From an uncultured Chloroflexia bacterium (GTDB lineage Bacteria; Chloroflexota; Anaerolineae; JAAYZQ01): 64,000 nucleotides of DNA. The translations under genes were made by a program, and so were the position numbers. The notes beneath the pieces were generated by a model that ran no database searches, was not told the origin of the DNA, and saw only the letters and a list, made by a program, of their open reading frames with translations. Location of the stretch: NCBI GenBank assembly GCA_963700285.1, contig CAVOXA010000010.1, forward strand, positions 288,001 through 352,000, read 5' to 3'. This document shows, one piece after another, positions 53,760-62,249 of the stretch. The number at the start of each line of letters is the position of its first letter. Position 1 is the first letter of the stretch.

Positions 53760-54574
53760 TTACTCGGAGATATACAAGGAACTGCCCGCAAAGACGGGCA
53801 CCTGCTTCTGGACAAAGGTGCCCAACCACAAACTTGTCGGCCAGCTCTTCCTCAGACAGGGCGCTGGCCTGTTTGACGGTAACCGAGTGTTCTTGTATCC
53901 AATCGACACCGTCAATGGGATCGCCCGAGCCGATGGCCCTGCGGCCAAAGTAGGTGGGGCACTGGGTGATGATCTCCACGAAGGCAAAGCCCTCGTGCTG
54001 CATCGCCTTTTTGATGGCATTGATAGCATGCCGAGGTCGATTGCGTAGTCCAACGGCTGACGAAGGTAGCCCCGGCGGCCACGGCCAGCTTGCAGAGGTC
54101 AAAGGGCTGTTCGCGTATTGCCGTAGGGCGTGGTCGACGTGGTCAGACTCCTGGAAGGTCGTCGGCGCCACCTGGCCGCCGGTCATGGCAAAGGTCAGGT
54201 TGTTGACCACGATCATGGTCACGTCCAGGTTGCGACGAGCCGCCTGGATCAGGTGGTTGCCGCCGATGGCGCCTGCATCGCCGTCTCCGGAAAAGATGAC
54301 CACTTCCAGCTCGGGATTGTGCAGCTTGATGCCCGTCGCCCAGGGCAGTGTCCGGCCATGCACGCCATGCAGCGACTCGGCGTGAAGATAGACCGGAATG
54401 CGGGCCGCGCAGCCCACGCCGCCGATGGCTACCAGGTTGTCAAAGTCCAGATCGAGCTCGTCGGCCGCCTGGACAAAGTAGTTCAAGACCTGGGCCGCGC
54501 CACAGCCAGAGCAGAAAAAGTGCGGCAAGCTGTCTTTGCGCAGGTACTTTCTCAGCGGATTTGTGTTCAGCCAT
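53760..54574 (-). CDS. 2-oxoacid:ferredoxin oxidoreductase beta subunit (TPP-binding), apparent frameshifts
   Basis: FCSGCG, GVGC, HGR, GDGD...IGGNH, NN...MTGGQ, QCPT. Confidence 0.88.
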
Positions 54575-55721
54575 CAGCCTCCAATCGCCTCCAGGATCTC
54601 ACCGGGGGTGTGAACCAGCCCCCGGTTCTTGGTGACCCGGACCACCGGGCACGTCCCGCGACCACCCGCTCGATTTCGCCGGCATACTTGCCGATGTTCA
54701 TCTCCACCGCCAGGATCGTCGAGCACTGTTCCGCCAGCGCGCCGGATCTCCCGCTCGGGCACGGGCCAGACGGTGTCCAGCTTGAGCAAGCCGGCCCTGA
54801 TACCCTGGGCCCGGGCCTGCTCCACGGCCTCCAGCGCCGGCCGGCACTCGCTGCCATAGGCCATCAAGCCCATCTCGGCATCGTCGAGGATAGTAAGCTC
54901 TTCGGTCTGGACGATGTCGTCATAGTTGGCCGTGATCTTGCCCGTGATCCGCTGGTACAGGGCTTCAAAGACCTCGGGGATCCCAGTGGATGCTGCCCTC
55001 CTCGTCGTGGGGGTTGAGCGAGTGCAGAATGCGATAGCCGTCGCCAAAATCGGGCAGGGGCGGCACGCCGTTGGGGCCGCCCTGGAAGGGCAGGAACTCT
55101 TCGGGCGGTACCTGGGTCTCGCCCGGTTGACGATTTCGATCTCCTCCGGCTCGGGGATCACCAGCTTCTCGCGCATCAGGGCGATGGTCGTCTCTGACAT
55201 TACGACCACGGGCGTCCGATACCTCTCGGCCAGGTTGAAGGCCCGGATGGTGAAGTCAAACAGCTCCTGGACCGACGAGGGGGCCAGGACGATCATCTCG
55301 TGGTCGCCGCTGGCCCCCCAGCGCATCTGCATCACGTCCGCCTGGGTGGCAAAGTTCTCACCACGACAGCGCTGCACATCGACGATGACGCATGGGATCT
55401 CGGAAGCGATGGCGTAGCCGATCCCTTCCTGCATATAGTTATAGCCGGCACTGGCGGTGGCCGTCATGGCCTTGGCCCCGGCCAGCGAGGCCCCGGTCAG
55501 GGCATAGATGGAGCACAGCTCATCCTCACTCTGCAGGAACTTGCCGCCCACCCGGGGCAGCCGCGGCCGCCATACGCTCCGAAATCTCGTTGGCGGGCGT
55601 GATGGGATAGCCGGCGTAAAAGTCGCACCCAGCAGCCAGCGCGCCTTCGACGACGGCATAGTTGCCCAGCATAAAGTGGGTGCCCGTCAGCACGCGCTTG
55701 CGATCCGTCTGAACTGTGCAT
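54567..55721 (-). CDS. 2-oxoacid:ferredoxin oxidoreductase alpha subunit, multiple apparent frameshifts
   Basis: [40 protein letters not shown]. Confidence 0.85.
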
Positions 55722-55738
55722 CAACTGCTCCTCACATT

Positions 55739-56920
55739 CTAGTCTTGTGATGAATGTCTCCATGCGATCGAAGGCTTCGACGATGTTGTCCATCGAGGTG
55801 GAATAGCACAGCCGCAGGGACGCCTTCTCCGCAGTGCGCCAAAGGCCGAGCCCGGCACCGTGGCCACGTGGGCCTCTTCCAGCAGCCTGTGGTCGCAAAC
55901 TCCAGCGACGGCATGTCCAGCCTGTAGGAGGGGAAGCGTATAGAACGCCCCCTGGGGCGGGACGCAGTCAAAGAACTCGGAGCGAGCCAGGATCAGGTCC
56001 AGGTCAGGTCGCACCGCTCCTTGTAGCCGGCCATCATCTGCTGCAGACGCAGCCCGGGACTCTGCGCTGGTCAGGGCTTCAAGTGCCCCGGCCTGGGCAA
56101 AGGCGGTGACACAGGTAGCCGAGTGCTGGTAGATCTTGACCATGCCATCCAGGATCTCGCTGGGGCCGGTGACATAGCCCAGCCGCCAGCCGGTCATGGC
56201 ATAGCTCTTGGAAAAGCTGTTGACGGTGACCACGTTGTCATACTCAGAGGCCGGGCTGTAGTGCTCGCCTTCGTAGACCAGGTACTCGTAGACCTCGTCG
56301 GACAGCAGCAGGGCGCCATGGCGCTCGGGCGATCTCGGCGATGCCCGCAGGCTGTCGCCGAATCATAGACCGCGCCGGTGGGATTGTTGGGCGAGCTGAT
56401 GACGATGATACTTGACCGAGCCGTCCATCGCAGCCTCACATGTCGTCCAGGTCGGGCTGGAACCCGCTGGCTGGCGCTGACAATCGACAGTCACCAACTC
56501 AGCGCCGGCCAGTTGAGCCATCGACTTGTAGGACACCCAGGCCGGCTCCAGGACCATCACCCGGTCGCCCGGTTCGAGCATGGCCTGGAAGGCCAGATAG
56601 ATGGCGAACTTGCCGCCGGGCGTGACAATGATGTCCTCCGGCGCCGGCGATTTATGCCATTCTCCCGTTGGAGCTTTTGCGCGATGGCCTCGCGCAGTTC
56701 GTAGGTCGCCAGTGGTGGGCTCATACTTGGTCTTGCCAGCCTGCATCGCCTCGCTCGGCGGCATCCTGGATGTTCTGGGGGGTGTCAAAGCAAGGCTCGC
56801 CCCGCCCAGGGAAATGATGTCGTCGATCCCGGCCCGGCGCATGCGCTTGACAATGTTGTCAACTTCGTCCGTAGCCGAGAGTTCCAGGTTGGCGACCTTG
56901 TCCGCTACTTTGTAACCCAT
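55739..56920 (-). CDS. PLP-dependent class I aminotransferase (aspartate aminotransferase-like), multiple apparent frameshifts; end approximate
   Basis: TPGGKFAI, PNNPTG, DEVY, SFSKSYAMTGWRLG, GAFY. GGAGG RBS. Confidence 0.85.
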
Positions 56921-57068
56921 GTCTTTCCTCCCTCCTAGCTATGGCTGCCGCACTGTTGCGCAAGACAGTACAACACGATTCTCCAGTGAAAACCAACACT
57001 CACCAACAGATTTCCTTCAGCCTCGCCCCACAAGTGATCCACAGTCCGCCTATTGAGAAACTCGATCC

Positions 57069-57097
57069 TGTCATCCTTCGACTGCGCTCAGGACAGA
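57069..57097. repeat. REP-like element CTGTC-ATCCTTCGACTGCGCTCAG-GACAG
   Basis: Resembles the CTTCGACTNCGCTCAGG intergenic repeat type seen in many bacteria, flanked by CTGTC/GACAG. Confidence 0.4.
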
Positions 57098-57098
57098 T

Positions 57099-57945
57099 CT
57101 ACCCGGCAGCCTTCACGTCAGTCAAAGGGACACGTTCCACTTTCACTTGTGGCAGATCCAGGAATCTGGCCGTGAAAGAACCAAAGTTGGCTTGGTCATC
57201 ACCTGTGATCAGAAACTGGTATCTGCCGGATCCCAGTACCTGTGATCTGAGCGCCCCGGCATCCCGAAGGATCTGGTGTGCTTCTCTGACCACCTCTTCG
57301 GCGGGGTCTACGACCGTGACGTCCTCGCCAGCTACTTGCTCGGCAATGTCTCGCACACAGGTCAGGTCGGTACAGCCCAGAATCAGGGTATCTATACCCA
57401 CGCTGGCCAAAGGCTCAAAATAGCCCTGGGCTAAGGACAAGAGATGGCGTCGATCGTCGATCTGACCTTTCTCCGCCAGGCGCAAGAGTTCGGGACAGGT
57501 TGCGCCAAATACCTCCATGTCCGGGTTGAGCCGCAGAATCTGTTGGTCATAGGCCTTGCTGTCGATCGTGATGGCCGTGCCCCACACCCCAATGCGGCTG
57601 CCTGGACTGGCGGCCAGGGCAGCGCGGACACCAGGGCCGATCATACCCAGCACGGGCAGATTGGGGAAGCGTTGCTGGGCAGCTTCTCGCCCGGCCACGC
57701 TGGCCGTATTACAGGCAATGATCACCAGCTTGACCCCTCGTTGTGCCAGATAGCCGGTGTTCTCTACTGCATAGTGCCGTACAGCTTCCAGCGGCTGGGG
57801 GCCATAGGGTTGTCGAGCCGTATCTCCCCAAAAAGAGCACGTCTTCGTACGGCAGCAAGCGGCGTACCTCTCGAAGAACCGCCAGTCCCCCTAGCCCCGA
57901 ATCAAAAACGCCGATTGGGGCATCTGAACCCACGTTGGCTGACAT
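57099..57945 (-). CDS. murI: Glutamate racemase-like enzyme, one apparent frameshift (extra G near 57826)
   Basis: IGVFDSGLGG, GDTARQPYG, ACNTAS, LGCTDL. AGGAGG RBS. Confidence 0.85.
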
Positions 57946-58020
57946 GCCAGCTACCTCCTTGATCTCAACACAGAGCGGAACGTGTAAGGCCATTGTACAC
58001 CCAAAGCTCCGAACCGTAGA

Positions 58021-58034
58021 TATCCTATAGGCTA
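58021..58034. promoter_or_regulatory. Second operator copy TATCCTATAGGCTA (13/14 match to 38947-38960)
   Basis: Lies 6 nt downstream of the -10 box of the 58041-58069 promoter. Confidence 0.72.
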
Positions 58035-58040
58035 TTTTCT

Positions 58041-58069
58041 ATGATATCACAAAATACACAGGGTGTCAA
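58041..58069 (-). promoter_or_regulatory. Sigma70-type promoter TTGACA-N17-TATCAT with extended -10 TG
   Basis: -35 at 58069-58064, TGA-TATCAT with -10 at 58046-58041. Confidence 0.8.
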
Positions 58070-58073
58070 GCCA

Positions 58074-58160
58074 TCCCGCAGGTTTTTGATGTGTGATGTT
58101 GCGCAGAACCAAGACCAGATCAGTCACCAGCAGGGCAGAATGGTACGCGAACCTGCGGGA
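58074..58160. repeat. Inverted pair TCCCGCAGGTT ... AACCTGCGGGA
   Basis: Perfect 11-bp arms around a 65-bp spacer, immediately upstream of the -35 box. Confidence 0.45.
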
Positions 58161-58313
58161 GGATCGCCCAGTCAAGGGATACTTTGCAGCAACCCTGTTC
58201 GAGCCAAGGGCCCGTGGCCTAGGCCCGGATCGCGGGCTCTCAGGGCATGCAGAATGGCACAGTGCTCAGGGATGAGCACCAGTACCTCTTCAGCGGCGTA
58301 TCCAAATCCATGG

Positions 58314-59325
58314 CTAAACACGCTCGGGCCGGCCACCGTCACGAGCCGAGCGGTAGAGCGCCTCGATTACCTTCATGCCAGCCCCAGCTTCCGCAGGTGG
58401 ATAGCGCACCGGCGTCCCCGAATGGACGCTGTCGCCAAAGTGCTCGACCATGAGTTGGTACTCGTCCACACCCGGGATCTTGTGCGCAATCGAATCCTGC
58501 CGGCCATGGTGCTCAAGGATCGTGGTGTCGCCGGTACCGGGCAGAAAAGCGGATTGGACGTCGAGGTGACCTTCCGGTCCCGCTACCTGATAGAACTCTC
58601 GCCGCTCGAGGGTCAGGCCACAACTGAACTGGGCCAGGAGCCCATTGGCGAAGCGCAGCGTGCCGGTCATCTCTTCGTCCACGCCCGTCTTGCCCCAGTT
58701 GGCGTAGGCCTGAACCTCTACCGGTTCGCCGGCGCCTGGAATGACCCCGGCTACGGTACGGATGATATTCACGCAGTAGCAGCCGACGTCCATCAGCGAG
58801 CCGCCGCCCAACTCGCGCACAAACCGGATATTCTCTGGATTCGTCAGGCGGAAGGTAAAGGCGGCATAGAATCAACCGGGGCTCACCGATGGCCCCACTC
58901 TGCACGAGTTCAAGCACCATCTCCGTCTGCGGGTGAAAGCGGTACATGAAGGCTTCCATAAAGACCACCCCGTGCTGCTGGGCAGCGGCCTCCATCTCCC
59001 GGCATTCGGCTGCGTCCAGGGCCAAGGGTTTTTCACAGAGGATATGCTTGCCCGCTTCAGCAGCCTTGATGGCCCATTCCCGATGCAGGCTGTTGGGCAG
59101 CGGGATATAGACCGCATCTATGTCGTCCGCAGCGAGCAATGCTTCATAGCTGCCGTAAGCTCGGGGAACCCCAAGCTTGTCTGCGAAGGTCCGTGCCTTC
59201 TCCTCGTCCCGGCTGGCAACTGCCACGAGTTCGCCATTCCTGGAATGTTGGATCGCCGGCAGCACAGCAGCGCGCCCGATATTCGCCGTACTGATTACAC
59301 CCCATCTCAATGCTTTTTCTGCCAC
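58314..59325 (-). CDS. Gfo/Idh/MocA family oxidoreductase, apparent frameshift near 58860
   Basis: WGVISTANIG, YIPLPNSLH, CEKP, EAFMYRFHP, GGGSLMDVGCY. Confidence 0.9.
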
Positions 59326-59358
59326 GGTTCCCCCTCTCTTGACATTCGAAATGAGAGA

Positions 59359-60189
59359 TCAGTCCGGATAGCTTGCCTGCCATGCGAGCCGCGTCTCGAA
59401 ATCCTCCACATAAAGTGTCACCTTTTCGGGACTGAACTCGAATTCGTAGCCCTCGGCGGCAATGGTGTCCGCCAGGGGGCCGGCATCAAAGCGAAGGCCG
59501 GTGAAGCGGTCGGGCGGCTGGGATGCCAGCCAGACAAAGGCCGTGCCTAATTCCGCCGGATCAGCCCAGGCCGCTTTTTGCTCCGCGGGCATGGCATCGA
59601 ACTGCTCCCAGGTCAGGTCGGTGGTCTTGATCGGCTTGCCCGGTCCTATGGTGTTGATAGCAATCCTTTGATCGGCAGATTCCAGGGCCAGCGCCTTCAC
59701 GAATCCCTCCTGTCCATGTTTTCCGGTACAGTAGGTCACCTCATCCTTGTAGCCCCGGACACTGGAGCCACTGGCAATGCCGATGATGTGCCCACCTCCT
59801 TGAGCTACCATGACATTCCAGGACGCCCGAGTGGCGTTAAAGATGCCGCCCAGGCTGATCTGTAGCTGGCGCCACCACAACTCGGGGGACGTCGCCTCGA
59901 AGCGGATCAGGGGCATGTACACAGCGTTCTGCACCACCACGTCCAGGCGCCCCCAGCGGGCTACCACCTGATCCACGGCCTCCTGGAAAGCCGTCAGGTC
60001 GCTCACATCCAGATGTAGGGCCATGACTTTAGATCCGTCGGCCCGCAGATCGGCTTCGGAGCGCGCCAATTCGTCGCTGATGTCGCTAACGCAGACTCTC
60101 GCCCCGGCGCGGCCCAGCGCCCGGGCGATGCCCCAACCAAAACCTCGTCCCGCGCCAGTGACCAGGGCCACTTTGTCTTCAAGTATCAT
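59359..60189 (-). CDS. SDR family oxidoreductase
   Basis: TGAGRGFG, QNA, YCTGK. Confidence 0.88.
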   Translation of the reverse strand: MILEDKVALVTGAGRGFGWGIARALGRAGARVCVSDISDELARSEADLRADGSKVMALHLDVSDLTAFQEAVDQVVARWGRLDVVVQNAVYMPLIRFEATSPELWWRQLQISLGGIFNATRASWNVMVAQGGGHIIGIASGSSVRGYKDEVTYCTGKHGQEGFVKALALESADQRIAINTIGPGKPIKTTDLTWEQFDAMPAEQKAAWADPAELGTAFVWLASQPPDRFTGLRFDAGPLADTIAAEGYEFEFSPEKVTLYVEDFETRLAWQASYPD

Positions 60190-60210
60190 GTTCAAAATCC
60201 TCTCTAGACT

Positions 60211-61128
60211 CTACCGTTTCATATGCGGGTCCAGCGCATCGCGCAGCCCGTCGCCCAGGAGGTTGATGGCCAGCACGGTGACCATGATCGCCAATCCGGG
60301 GAAGGTCGTGATCCACGGCGCGGCGCGCAGATAGTTGCGGCCACTCGCTCAGCATCAGCCCCCATTCTGGCGTGGGAGGCAGCGCCCCCAGACCCAAGGA
60401 AACTGAGGGCCGCGCCGGCGATGATGGCACCGGCTACGCCCAGGGTGGCCACCACGACGAGGGGACCCAGGATGTTGGGCAGAATATGGCGCGAAATGAT
60501 GCGCTGGGGGCGACAACCGATGCAGATGGCGGCCTCGACGAATACATCGGCCTTTGGTCTTCAGCACCATGCCCCGCGTCACCCGGGCATAGGTCGGAGC
60601 AGCCGAGATGCCCACCGCCACCATGGCATTGAACAGGCTGGGACCCAGTACGGCAATGATAACCAGCGCCAGCAGGATCCCTGGAAAGGCCAGGGTGATG
60701 TCCACCAGGCGCATGACGAGGGTGTCTGTGCGACCTCCGAAGAATCCGGATAGCAGCCCACTGGTCACACCCAGTAAGGCGGCAATGGTCACCGAGACGA
60801 TGCCCATCCGCAGCGAGATGCGGCTGCCATAGACGAGCCGGGTAAAGATATCCCGGCCAAACGAGTCCGTACCAAACCAGTACTGGGCGCTGGGAGGCTT
60901 CAGCCGCTCGGAGGCAACGATCTCGATGGGATCGTAGCGGGTGACATAGGGCGCAAAGAATGGCAGCCAGGATGAGCACGGACAGGATCACGGCTCCCGT
61001 CACCGAGCCGGGATTCCGGATCAGACGGCGAAAGGCGTCGGCCCAGAGGGAACGAGCCCTGCCCAGTTCCCCCTGCTGGCAGTGCTCAGGCGGCACCGTG
61101 TATCCCGGACGTGGTCGATCTCACTCAT
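60211..61128 (-). CDS. dppC: Dipeptide/oligopeptide ABC permease (DppC type), multiple apparent frameshifts
   Basis: [39 protein letters not shown] across frames. Confidence 0.82.
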
Positions 61129-62053
61129 AGCGAATCCTCGGATCCAGGACCGCATAGGAAAGATCGACCAGGATGTTGGTGACCATCATAAAGATGGCTA
61201 TCATGAGCGTAAGTCCCTGCACCATGGTGATGTCCTTGTTCAAGATCGACTCGACGTACATCCTGCCCAGACCGACACGGGCAAAGATGGTCTCGGTCAG
61301 GACCGCGCCGCTCAGTAGCCCGCCGAACTGCAGGCCCAGCACGGTGATGGCCGGGATGAGCGCGTTGCGCAGGGCATGGCGGATGACCACCCCGCGTTCG
61401 CGCAGTCCCTTGGCCCGCGCGGTGCGGACATAGTCCTCGCTCATCACCTCCAACATGCTGCTGCGCACCAGGCGGGCGAGGGTGGCCGAACTGAGGAGGC
61501 CGAGCGCAAGAGCCGGCAGTATGAACCGGTCCAGGCCGCCCTGCCCCATTGGCGGGAACCACTGCAGTTGGACGGAGAAGAAGAAAATGAGCATCAGACC
61601 CAGCCAGAAGACCGGCATGGAGACGCCCACCAGGGCCATGCCCATGGAAAGGCTGTCCACCCAGGTGTTGTGCCTGAGGGCGGAGATGACCCCCAGGCTG
61701 ACGCCAAGTACGGTACTGATGAGCAAGGCGGTCAAGGCCAGTTCCAACGTGTAGGGCAGTGCGTCAAGGATCTGTTGCGTTACAGGCTGATTGTTGAAGA
61801 GGGAAGCTACCCAGGTCGCCACGTAGGACGCCCCCACATGTAGGACAAGTACTGGATGTGGAGAGGCCGGTCGAGCCCCATGTCGTGGCGCACCTGCTGC
61901 CAGGAGTTCCGGCGAGCTCTGCTTCTCTCCCAAAAAGATCTCGGCCGGATCTCCGGGGACCAGTTGGAGCATCAAGAAGACCAGCACCGTCACGGCGAGG
62001 ATGGTGGGGATGGTGACCAGCAGCCGCTGAGCCGCATAACGGGTCATTGTCAT
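61121..62053 (-). CDS. dppB: Dipeptide/oligopeptide ABC permease (DppB type), compensating frameshifts near 61800-61910
   Basis: PGDPA, SMPVFWLG, DYVRTARAKGL, ETIF. Confidence 0.88.
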   Translation of the reverse strand: MTMTRYAAQRLLVTIPTILAVTVLVFLMLQLVPGDPAEIFLGEKQSSPELLAAGAPRHGARPASPHPVLVLHVGASYVATWVASLFNNQPVTQQILDALPYTLELALTALLISTVLGVSLGVISALRHNTWVDSLSMGMALVGVSMPVFWLGLMLIFFFSVQLQWFPPMGQGGLDRFILPALALGLLSSATLARLVRSSMLEVMSEDYVRTARAKGLRERGVVIRHALRNALIPAITVLGLQFGGLLSGAVLTETIFARVGLGRMYVESILNKDITMVQGLTLMIAIFMMVTNILVDLSYAVLDPRIRYE

Positions 62054-62156
62054 TGGAGTTCCGACCTCCTCTAAGGCCGTCCTAGCGGTCTGAGACAGAC
62101 CATAGCCCATCTGGAGAGTCGCTGCCGGCAAGACGAGCTTGGCTCAGTCAGAGCGG

Positions 62157-62196
62157 GGCAGGTGCGCCCACAGGAAAGGCAGTGGCGCAGCCTGCC
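62157..62196 (-). other. Imperfect hairpin between the solute-binding protein and permease genes (mRNA stabiliser)
   Basis: GGCAGG-TGCGCC...GGCGCA-G-CCTGCC stem, in the same position as the hairpin at 36963. Confidence 0.45.
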
Positions 62197-62249
62197 GCAG
62201 AGAACCGTCAGGTGCGCCTGAGCACGCCTGCGACTATTCAGTCAGCATG

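Noticed and set aside
58041-58949. 302-aa plus-strand ORF, and 38745-39413, as possible missing regulators
   Set aside because: No HTH-like pattern or RBS, and both mostly overlap real genes and promoter DNA on the opposite strand.
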